Source: Rebecca billardiae RCC1528 (lineage: Eukaryota > Protista > Haptophyta). Taken from it: 64,000 nucleotides of DNA. Within the stretch, counting starts at the first letter, position 1. The number at the start of each line of letters is the position of its first letter. Positions 30,001 through 38,880 of this stretch are shown in pieces. A program made the translations under genes and the position numbers. The stretch covers positions 930,001-994,000 of the forward strand of contig OZ251228.1 of NCBI GenBank assembly GCA_965240325.2, in the 5' to 3' direction. Below the pieces are notes generated by a model. That model ran no database searches, was not told the DNA's origin, and was given only the letters and a program-made list of their open reading frames with translations.

Positions 30001-30782
30001 AGTGGCTGCGCCACCGTGCGCGCGTCTCCGCCCGCACGTTGCGCCCAGCAAGCTCGTCCGAGCAGCGGCAGCCATTCCGTCGCCGCGCGGCGGCCATTCC
30101 GTCACCTCGCGGCGGCCATTCCGTCACCAGCCTGCAGCCACCGCTCGGCGCGCATCTCGGAGCGCGCGGCGAGAACGCCGGCGGAGACACAGCCACGCTC
30201 GGCAACGTCGAGCGCCGATGCCGCGAGCGGCTGCGCCACCGTGCGCGCGTCTCCGCCTGCACGCTGCGCCCAACAGCTCGTCCCAGCAGCGGCAGCCATT
30301 CCGTCGCCGCGCGGCGGCCATTCCGTCACCTCGCGGCGGCCATTCCGTCACCAGCCTGCAGCCACCGCTCGGAGCGCATCTCGGAGCGCGCGGCGAGGGC
30401 GCCGGCGGAGACACAGCCACGCTCGGCAACGTCGAGCGCCGATGCCGCGAGCGGCTGCGCCACCGTGCGCGCGTCTCCGCCTGCACGCTGCGCCCAACAG
30501 CTCGTCCCAGCAGCGGCAGCCATTCCGTCGCCGCGCGGCGGCCATTCCGTCACCTCGCGGCGGCCATTCCGTCACCAGCCTGCAGCCACCGCTCGGAGCG
30601 CATCTCGGAGCGCGCGGCGAGGGCGCCGGCGGAGACACAGCCACGCTTGGCAACGTCGAGCACCGATGCCGCGAGCGGCTGCGCAGCCGTGCGCGCGTCT
30701 CGGCCCGCACGCCGCGCCCGACAGCTCGTCCCAGCAGCGGCAGCCATTCCGTCACCTCGCGGCGGCCATTCCGTCGCCTCGC
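1..30782. repeat. GC-rich tandem satellite, about 137 monomers of 223-225 bp, each with three 22-bp sub-repeats; runs off the left edge of the window
   Basis: The monomer is directly visible: three copies of GCGGC(A/G)GCCATTCCGTC(G/A)CC, then CCTGCAGCCACCGCTCGGCGCGCATCTCGGAGCG. Identical short ORFs in the track recur every 224-225 nt. Length variants are CCCAGCAAGCTC (225) versus CCCAACAGCTC (224), and monomers of about 203 bp that lack one 22-mer. Confidence 0.98.
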
Positions 30783-30797
30783 CCGGCCGCCCTCGAG

Positions 30798-30829
30798 GAA
30801 CCGCCGTTACATGCATGTAACGGCGGTTC
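30798..30829. repeat. Perfect 32-bp palindrome at the satellite boundary
   Basis: GAACCGCCGTTACATG|CATGTAACGGCGGTTC is exactly self-complementary and is followed by TTTAGGG (30830-30836). Confidence 0.97.
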
Positions 30830-30845
30830 TTTAGGGTATGGCCGC

Positions 30846-31265
30846 GCGCGTGTGGGCGGAGACGCGCGCACGGCGGCGCAGCCATTCGCGGCATCTGCGC
30901 TCGACGCTGCCAAGCGTGGCTGTGTCTCCGCCGGCGTCCTCGCTGCTGGGACGAGCTGTTGGGCGTGGCGTGCAGGCGGAGACGCGCGCACGGCGGTGCA
31001 GCCGATCGCGGTATCGGGGCTCGACGCTGCCGAGCATGGCTGTGTCTCTGCGCGCGTCCTCGCCGCGCGCTCCGAGATGCGCGCCGAGCGGTGGCTGCAG
31101 GCTGGTGACGGAATGGCCGCCGCGAGGTGACGGAATGGCCGCCGCGCGGCGACGGAATGGCTGCCGCTGCTGGGACGAGCTGTCGGGCGCGGCGTGCGGG
31201 CGGAGACGCGCGCACGGCTGCGCAGCCGCTCGCGGCATCGGCGCTCGACGGTGCCGAGCCTGGCT
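30846..31265 (-). repeat. About 2 rearranged satellite monomers in inverted orientation
   Basis: Reverse complement of the monomer (e.g. GGTGACGGAATGGCCGCCGCGAGGTGACGGAATGG), with an internal deletion near 30943. Confidence 0.93.
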
Positions 31266-31455
31266 TAACTCAGAATAAGCGACGCACACAGCTAAGGCAG
31301 GCGACATTGACGTTCGCCAACTGTCACCACCCAAGAAGTCGTCGCTGATCGGGTAGCGCCCTCGGAAGATTCGTTCAGCCGTCCGCATGCGAGGCCTAGA
31401 TGAGGCCACTTCGGCCTCCCCTCGCGGCGCGCCAGCGCCCGTCGGCCTAGCCTGT
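31266..31455 (+). mobile_element. Degenerate left end (TIR plus subterminal sequence) of the CAGTTTACT-ended element family
   Basis: AGAATAAGCGACGCACACAGCTAAGGCAGGCGA...CGCCAACTGTCACC...ATTCGTTCAGCCGTCCGC aligns with 52603-52800 and 63265-63460. Confidence 0.8.
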
Positions 31456-31617
31456 CCGGCTGTCTTCCGCTGGAGTGCGGATCTAGAGTCGGACAGCCTG
31501 TAGACCGCCGTTAAATTCGTCAGCACGGTGGCCGCCGCGTGATTCGCGGCAAGTCGCGACCATACATCTGGGAGCGCCTACAGCTCGCCGCGCAGGAGGC
31601 GCCCGCTGTGCCCAACC

Positions 31618-32924
31618 GTGAACCGGCAGCCTTACTGCGTGCTTCACCTCCTCTTGGGTGAGGTGGCACCCAAGGCACGCCAGGCTGATCATCGCACCAT
31701 CATCTACTACAGTCTCGCCAAGGACATCACAGAGGATGTCGAGAACACCCACATCTGGCTCCTGCGGCAGCAGCTCAGCTCTCTCCCGCCGGACGACCGC
31801 CGCGGGCACCTCATCCAGAACGTGGACCGTGCCATACTCGCGTTCGTGGGCGCGCTCCCGATCGGCAGTGCGGCGGTCCAACACCAGGGTGAGTGGCTCG
31901 AGATCGCGGCGCGCGCGTTCCGGATCCCCAGCCCGATCTGCGCGCCGCTGGCTCAGGCCGGGGCGTACGTGCCCACGCGCTCGGGCCCCGGCGTCCGGGT
32001 GGACGCGTCCAGCGACGCGCTTCTTAGCGCGTCCGGCCGCAACGCGCTCCCCGGCGACCACGTCGCACGCTGCCGGCAAGACCTGGAGATCCGCGTGCTG
32101 GCGGGGTGCTTCCGCACGTACGCCGGCCGCCGTGCCGGAGGACATCTACATCTTCGGCTCGGTGCACGCCCAGTCCGCCGCCCAGGCGCAGGCGGCGCTC
32201 GGCACGGACCGCAAGCGCGTGCCGGGGATGGACCTGGTTGCCGAGGTGCACGGCAACTGGAACCTGCTCGAGGTTAAGACCATCTCGCTGTGCCCGTCGC
32301 GCTACAAGTTCAGCTACGGCCGCAACGGCGCAGTGCACCACCGCGCGGAACTCGTCCCGCGCGAGCGGCGCAAGCAGCTGCAGGACCTCGACCGCGAGGA
32401 CTTCGGCACGCTTGATGGCCAGGTGGGCCCGTACGAGGCGCGGCTCGACACCTTCCCCGCGATCGTCCCGATCGTCCTTGGGGCGTTCGGCGAGTGGAGC
32501 GCGGAGGCGGTGGACCTCGTCGTCAAGAAGATCGCCAAGATGGGGCGGGACACGTGGCGCGCGCGCCTCCCACCCGTCCCAGCCCCTACATCAAGGCTCC
32601 CTGGTATTGAAAAATACCTGCAGCTGTTCGTTGCCAGCCCATTTCATAGTCACTGAGCTCAAAACCTGCCGTCGGCAGGTTTTGAGCCCGCTGAGCCGAA
32701 GACGGGCTCACGGGCTTTCTGGGACGACGGGTGGCGGGCCCTCGCGCCCCGCCGCCGAGCGCGCGCTGCTCGGCACCATGCGGCGCGAGCTGGGCATGTG
32801 CTGCCTGCGTGGCCAGGCCAAGATGCTCATCGCCCGCGCGCGCATGGCGCACGTGCACCCCGGGGCACGCGCCCGCGGGGGCGCTGCGCACGACTACGAC
32901 TTCTTCGAGACGATCGACGGCTGA
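31618..32924 (+). pseudogene. 3' fragment of a non-LTR retrotransposon with a restriction-like endonuclease (CRE/NeSL-type RLE), frameshifted and interrupted by a MITE
   Basis: Translated pieces AFRIPSPICAPL...RVDASSDALLSA...GDH, then VPGMDLV...LEVKT...IVPIVLGAFGEWSAEAVDLV, then RRELGMCCLRGQAKMLIAR, resemble the C-terminal PD-(D/E)xK region of RLE elements. No reverse transcriptase core is present. Recognised by motif pattern only. Confidence 0.65.
32570..32735. mobile_element. 166-bp MITE-like fold-back insertion
   Basis: Ends CCACCCGTCCCAG ... CTGGGAC(GAC)GGGTGG. Internal perfect 15-bp inverted repeat at 32657-32687. Removing the insert restores the reading frame ARL|GPSRPAAERALL. Confidence 0.8.
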
Positions 32925-33249
32925 CGACGCGTGGTGCCCACCGCGACCATCGCGGTTGTGGCTTGTGCGCGCGCGTCGACGCCGCAGACGGTGCGGTGCG
33001 TCGGGCTTCCGCTCGGCGATGGAGTGATATGGGCGACTACGAAGGGGGAGGGGGAGGGCGACTGCGAGGAGCGCTGCTCCTGGTAGTGCTTGTCTCTGAG
33101 ACTGGCCGCTCCTACTGGTGCTTGTCTCTGACTCTGCTGAGACCGGGTCCGGGCCGATCTGCTAATGCAGCTAAAGCTTACTGACGCTGACCGCGTAGTG
33201 ACCGCGCCTGCCCGGTGCCCTGATGATGGCCCTCGATTGGCAGCATGAG

Positions 33250-33340
33250 CATATAATATCGTCTGATGAGAGATGTATATGTGTGTGTGTGTGTATATAT
33301 ATATATATTATATTATCTGATATATATATATATCATTTAT
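33250..33340. repeat. AT-rich (TG)n/(TA)n microsatellite patch
   Basis: GTGTGTGTGTGTGTATATATATATATATTATAT...ATATATATATAT. Confidence 0.85.
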
Positions 33341-33490
33341 TGGCCGGGTCATACATCAGTCACCGCTGTCACCGTGTCTCTGCCGCAGAGTGAGACTACT
33401 GAGAGTCCGAGACGGACCGAGACCTTGAGTGCCGCGGCGCTGGCGGCAGGCGCAGTCCGATGTCACTTCCGAAAGTATAGCCGCTGCTCG

Positions 33491-34734
33491 TCACTCAACA
33501 CTCATGGCAGTGAGGCTGAGCTTTGGTCTTGCCCATGCAACGAAGTCGTCGATGAGCACTGGCCATGCCCCTGATGGCGATGCCGTGCACATCGCATGCG
33601 CAGTAGCAGCGGCAAACATCAATTGCGTGCGGGTGGGGGTCGAGTCGGCATGCAGGTGAGGAGGGGGGGCGGTCCAGGTCAAATGGAGGCATATCGCACC
33701 AACAATGCACAGCCGCACATGTGCGAGTGTGCACGTATGTCCAGGTCAGGGCATGGCACATTATTTTCTCTCCTGTCGTGAGATTGAAGTCGCACTCGCA
33801 GTGCACACGCACCTTCCTCATCATAGTCACCAAGATCGGGGCTCACCTGCGTGGCGAACTCGAGCAGCAGTGCCCACGTGTCGCGCGGGATGGCGTGCTT
33901 GTGCTGCTCGGTGAGGAATGCGATCCACTGCTCGATGAGCGCGAAGCGGCCGGTGAGCAGCAGCCGCCACATCTCGACCGCGGTGTCGAGTGCGAGCGAC
34001 TTCTGCCCCGGCTCCGAGGAGCGTGCGTAGTCGAATGCGTACAGGTAGAACGAGCGGAAGTCCTCCGGGTCCTCAATCTCCTGACGCAGCTCGGGCAGCT
34101 TGTTCCGCAGCGACTCGATGCTGTCACAGCCGAGTTCCGCAAGCCCGTCGACGAACTCGGCGCGTGTGAACTCGAGCACCACCTTTGCCTGCATCTGCCA
34201 GGCGAGCACGAGCAGCACGATGTCCGTGGGCTCGATGCCGAGGTCGTGGCATAGGCGCTGCGTGCCCTCCACGTCCACCTTGTCCCCCGATGCATCCTTG
34301 TACTTGTCGAAGACGGCGTCGATCTTGGAGGCGTCCACCTCAGGGCCGTCATCTGCCGTGTCGCCCAGTCCGCCGTTGGTGAAGAAGGCGTCGAGCGCGA
34401 GCTCGACATTCCAATCGAAAGCCGCGAGAAGCTGGCCGGCCAGCTTCTCGCTGGAGGGACATGCAGGGTGCGCGCGCGCGCGCGCGCGCATGCACGTGTC
34501 AGCGCGGAGCGAACATACGCACGCACCCACGCACGCGCTCGCAAGAGCGCGGCCCTGCGCACGCACGGCGTGCGCACGCACGAGCATTGCGTGAAGCTGA
34601 CGAACTGCTTGATCTGCTCCCTCTGGCCCTGCGCGCAGCGGGACACGACCGGCGCACTGCGTGCTGAGCTGCGCGGGCGCGGATTGCGCGGATTGCGTGT
34701 GGCTTATGCCGCCCGGCGTGGCCGCGCGCACCAT
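33491..34734 (-). CDS. DCN1: DCN1-like cullin neddylation protein (UBA-like plus PONY domain); exons about 34734-34732, 34628-34582, 34450-33813, 33570-33491
   Basis: QREQIKQFVSFTQCS|EKLAGQLLAAFDWNVELALDAFF, FYLYAFDYA, GQKSLALDTAVEMWRLLL, AIPRDTWALLLEF and YDEEG|AWPVLIDDFV are characteristic of DCN1. GT-AG introns join in frame. The ATG-only first exon is inferred. Confidence 0.93.
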
Positions 34735-34970
34735 CTCGCACGGCGCGCCGGCGCGCGAACTGAGAGTCCTGGCGCCAAGCGGCAGGTGGCACAGCCGTGG
34801 CGACTCAAGTGGCGAGCGCGGCGGTGGCTCAGCTTGCCCCGGGAAATCTCGCTGCTGCGAGATCGATCAGGCGAGTCGGAGACGCTGGCTGGCTCCACGA
34901 TGGCGTCGCGGCATCGCGGACCACTCCCCTCTCAACTGCTGGCCGCCTTGGCTTAGGTACTTCCGTGAGC

Positions 34971-36605
34971 ATGTGGTTTGAGAGTCGGGCTGGCTACGCT
35001 CCCGTCGCTTCCTCCGCGGAGGCCGCCGACGCGGACACAGGCGACAGCCTGCAGCCTGCGGACCGCACACGATGCACGATGGGTCGAGCTGCGGCCATTG
35101 TCACCGCATGTGCGCTCGCTTTGAGCGCGGGCGTCGCGGGGTTTTACTGGGGAAGGCACGTGTGGGGCATTGCAATGGCAGCGGATGACAGCGTTGACGC
35201 GACCGCGCCACACGCATCTCCGCGTGTGAACGCGACGACCGGCGTTCTGATACAATCGGTGCGGCCGAGTCTCCCAGGAGCGCCTTCGATGCTCGATGCC
35301 GTGTCCCGCGAGTACCCGGACGCGATGCTCTTCACTCCGGATCCGCATGTGCGCGGCGTCATCCACGACGAAGAGCGCGCGGGCTGCCTGCTTCAAGGCG
35401 CGCCATTCGTCCTGGACGTCGGGCCGCGCGTGCTCCACTTCCCCGTGCCGCCGGGCTTCCAGGCGTACAACCCTTCGCTCGTGCAGCTCGGCGGCGGCTT
35501 CCTCCTGAGCTACCGCGCCGACTGGCAGCACGGTTGCACGGTCGAGCCGAACGGGGTGAAGCGCCAGTTCAACAGCAGGCCCGGCGAACGCTTCAGTGCT
35601 ATCGTGCGCACGGACGCATCATTTGCACCCGTTGGCAGACCTCGGGTGCTCGACGCGTGCGGCGGTGAGCAGCCCGGCGCTAATGTGGACATCATCAACA
35701 CGACGACTGCCGGCAGTTCCGTCGGGACGCAGCTGATCGACGTGCGGCTGATGCGCGACGGCAGGCACGGCGAGCTGTGGCTGACATACTTGCCTGCTGC
35801 AGACATGAGCAAGGGCAACGAGGGGCTCAGCGACTCATGCCGCCAATGCTGCTTCGCGTGCAAGCGCTCGACGCACGTTGGCCGCCTGCGGCTCGGCGGC
35901 GACGGAGGCGCGTGGAGCGCCCGGATTGCCGAGGTAGTGCCGCTGTGCGAGAGTGTGGTCCGAGGGCGCAACCATGCGCTCTTCATTTCTGCCGCGCGGC
36001 CGCGCGTGCAGGTGTGGCTGCACCCCGTCGTCGTCGTGGCAGACGTGCCACCATCGGCCGTCGTCGGCCACCCCACAGGCTTTCAGCCGCACACGGAGGT
36101 CGCCTCAAGCGAGCTGCGCCTGTCGCCCACCCGCGCGCGAGAGGGGCGAGCGTGTGACCACCTTTCCGTCTCGGGCACGACCTCGCTCCTGCGCGTCGAC
36201 GGCCTTCGCGACGCTCTTGGCTCCGACGTCCCTGCCGCGGGGCTGCTCGGGGTCGGGCACGTGCACCATGGCAAGGTGCACAAAGTCGCCTACTTCGCCT
36301 CGCACTACATGCACTTCTTCTATGTCCTCGCGCTGGAGGCGCCGCACTACATGGTCGCGCACTCGGCAGAATTCTGCCTCCCGCACTCGGCCACAGATCG
36401 GCGCTGCGAGGTGGTGCAATTCGTCACCGGCATTGAGTTCAGCCACGACCGCGAGTCTCTGATTCTCACGTACGGCGTGAACGACTGCGAGAGCAAGCTC
36501 GCTAGACTGGAGATGGCGCAGCTGTGGCGGCTCCTGCGCGGCCGCGTGCCATCCGCGCGGCCGCGCAATCGGACCGCCACAACGCAGGACGACGCCAGGT
36601 CGTAG
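34971..36605 (+). CDS. Intronless type II membrane protein with a probable five-bladed beta-propeller carbohydrate-active domain (beta-mannosyltransferase Bmt/GT91- or GH130-like)
   Basis: N-terminal hydrophobic anchor AAAIVTACALALSAGVAGFYW. Motifs YNPSL, DVRL, GVGH, YMHFFY, SAEFCLP, VQFVTG and LILTYGVNDCE. The start could be 34971 or 35079. The family call is from motif memory. Confidence 0.6.
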   Translation: MWFESRAGYAPVASSAEAADADTGDSLQPADRTRCTMGRAAAIVTACALALSAGVAGFYWGRHVWGIAMAADDSVDATAPHASPRVNATTGVLIQSVRPSLPGAPSMLDAVSREYPDAMLFTPDPHVRGVIHDEERAGCLLQGAPFVLDVGPRVLHFPVPPGFQAYNPSLVQLGGGFLLSYRADWQHGCTVEPNGVKRQFNSRPGERFSAIVRTDASFAPVGRPRVLDACGGEQPGANVDIINTTTAGSSVGTQLIDVRLMRDGRHGELWLTYLPAADMSKGNEGLSDSCRQCCFACKRSTHVGRLRLGGDGGAWSARIAEVVPLCESVVRGRNHALFISAARPRVQVWLHPVVVVADVPPSAVVGHPTGFQPHTEVASSELRLSPTRAREGRACDHLSVSGTTSLLRVDGLRDALGSDVPAAGLLGVGHVHHGKVHKVAYFASHYMHFFYVLALEAPHYMVAHSAEFCLPHSATDRRCEVVQFVTGIEFSHDRESLILTYGVNDCESKLARLEMAQLWRLLRGRVPSARPRNRTATTQDDARS

Positions 36606-37039
36606 TGCACGGCACCGTGCTGCGCCCGGCTGGCGTCCGCCAATGATAACGAGTGTAGTCGCGCGGCGCGTAGTGAATAGTGAGCCGTGCACGCGGTCGC
36701 GCAGCTAACTACTGACTCCGGCTTCCGTCCACCACCCGCCCCCCCCCACGGGCCCCAACCCCCAGTCCGGTCACTGGAGCGTTATACATGGTCAGTCAGT
36801 GCCACCGTGCCTGCCCGCGCCAGCAAGTCTGTCTGCAGCGCTGGACGGGCGGACCTAGGAGGACGAGCTGCGCGAACTTTTTGAAGGAGGACGCGCACCG
36901 CGCCTCCTCCTCCGCACGCTGCTAGCTTCATCCGGGGCCATGCGGCGTTTTGCTGCCGACCAGCTCAAGTTCCACGACTGGTCACGGTTCGGCTTGCGAC
37001 CTAGCCGCTGCAAGGTGCTTGCAAGAAGGTATGGAGCGC

Positions 37040-38880
37040 TCAGTGGAACTTGAGCCGGGATGGAACTTTAGCCCGCATGTCCCAGCAAAGTGCCCCATCT
37101 TGGCGTGGCTGGCACGCTCGGCACACGCTCCTGAGCGCTCGCTTTGCGGTGCGGCAGGCCTTGGGCAGCCCAGGCAGACATGCCGCAACCGAATTACCGG
37201 GCCATGCGCGCACCACATCCGCGCTACATGGCCTGCGCGCTGGAGGACTGAGAGTCAATGCCTTACAGGTGGATACCAGGTACGGGTGAACTGGACAGTG
37301 GCCGACCAAACTCACGCGGAGGCCTCTCTGGGAGCATTGGGGTCGAAGGGGGGCCAGGGACGGACTACAGGGGGTCCCTGGAGTTCCGCCGCAGCGCGCT
37401 TTCTGCGCTGCCGACCGCATGGCCAGTCTGCAGCCAAGCCATTACACGGCACCCTCCGCCTCCGCGGAGGGTCTGAGGGCGGAAGAGTGGCTGCGGGCGT
37501 GCTTCGCACGTGAGCCCAGGGCGGCAAGTTGCGGCGGCCTGCGTGAGTATTTTGCGGTCGCAGGGGGGCGGTTTGAGGGCGCAAACGCGGCGGCGTGTTA
37601 TCCCCACACTTCCTGGCTGGCCGCATGCAGACGCTCGGCCTGGTACAGTAGCAGCTCCCCTTCTCGTCGCCTCACCACTGGGCGTACGATCGGCGACTTG
37701 GAAAGCCGAGGCGCGCGTGCGCCGATTGAGGGCGAGAGAGGCGACAACAGGGCAAGCTTGCGCCGCAAGCAGGCAAGGGAATCAATAGTAGAGGCCAGGC
37801 GGGCTGAGCATCTCGCGCGCTCCGTCACAGTGGACTGTCGACCGTGAGCGCGCATGAAAGATGACGTCGCTAAGATGGCGTGCGAGAAGGCCGCCATTTC
37901 GGCCAGTTCTGCAAAGACTGAAGTGCTTTCGCCTTGGTTTTTGAGCGCCTTCTGCTTCTTCAGACTCTATAGAATCGTCCGTCCACCCGGGCTTCCCGCC
38001 AGGTGGGGCCTGCAGCACGCGGTAGAAAAGGGCTTCAAGACTCGACAAAGAGCGCCAGCCCCTCCGAAATGGCGGCCTTCTCGCACGCCATCTTAGCGAC
38101 GTCATCTGAAATGCGCGCTCACGGTCGACAGTGCTGATGAGGTCCACGCCCCTCACCTGCCTGCGCCGGTCTGTTTTGTGGCGGTGTCTTTGTGCGGTGT
38201 TGGATGGCGTCAATCACGCCTTAACCAAGTGTGCACGTTCAAATAACATAGTAAACTGTGACCGAGCGCGCGAGATGCTCACCCGGCCGGCCTCTACTAT
38301 TGATTCCCTTGCCTGCACAGTTGCGGCGCAAGCTTGCCCTGTTGTCGCCTCTCTCGCCCCCAATCCGCGCACGCGCGCTTCGGCTATCCAAGTCGCCGAT
38401 CGTACCCCCCAGTGCTGTGAGGCGACGACACGGGGAGCTACCAGGCCCAGTGGTAAGATGACGAACGCTTCGTCATCTTACCACCCAGAGCGTCTGTCTG
38501 CATGCGGCCAGCAAGGAAGTGTGGTGATAACACGCCGCCGCCGGCTTTGCGCCCTCGAACCACCGCATACGGCCGTCGCCCACAAGGGTCGCACCAGCGA
38601 ACCACGGACGAAGCACGCCCGCATGACCTTCAGACCCTCCGCGGAGGCGGAGGGGGCCGTGTAACGACTTGGCTGCGGACTGCCAAATGGCACCCGATGA
38701 AGATGGGCAGCAAACAGAACCACGATCGCATGGCACCGGATGAAGATCGCCGTAAGAGGCGTCCGGACCTGACGTTTTCGGCCGCGCCCACGCGCTTCTC
38801 CTCGCCGCGGGCCCCGTGAAGTCGCCGCGTGGGCTCCAACCTGAAACCGGGCTCAAGTTCCAACGAAGGCGCTACTGCGC
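37040..38880. repeat. Diverged long inverted repeat (core arms about 37425-37831 and 38255-38686) enclosing other elements
   Basis: For example CCCTCCGCCTCCGCGGAGGGTCTGA versus TCAGACCCTCCGCGGAGGCGGAGGG, and GCAGGCAAGGGAATCAATAGTAGAGGCC versus GGCCTCTACTATTGATTCCCTTGCCTGC. A weaker match links about 37050 with about 38850. Confidence 0.85.
37834..38132. mobile_element. About 300-bp MITE with TIRs of about 68 bp
   Basis: ACTGTCGACCGTGAGCGCGCAT...GATGACGTCGCTAAGATGGCGTGCGAGAAGGCCGCCATTTCGG and its near-perfect reverse complement ending at 38132. Confidence 0.88.

Noticed and set aside
1-30782. CRISPR array interpretation of the 22-bp sub-repeats or of the repeated TIR motif
   Set aside because: The intervening sequences are themselves repeated rather than unique spacers, no cas genes are present, and the context is eukaryotic.
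30830-30836. Telomere call from TTTAGGG
   Set aside because: It is a single unit and also part of the imperfect palindrome arm, so it is insufficient by itself.
6-31130. Giant ORFs of up to 5263 aa and dozens of 68-75 aa ORFs in the satellite
   Set aside because: All three plus-strand frames are open because the GC-rich monomer lacks stops. The 223/224/225-bp variants shift frame freely, so there is no sign of coding constraint.
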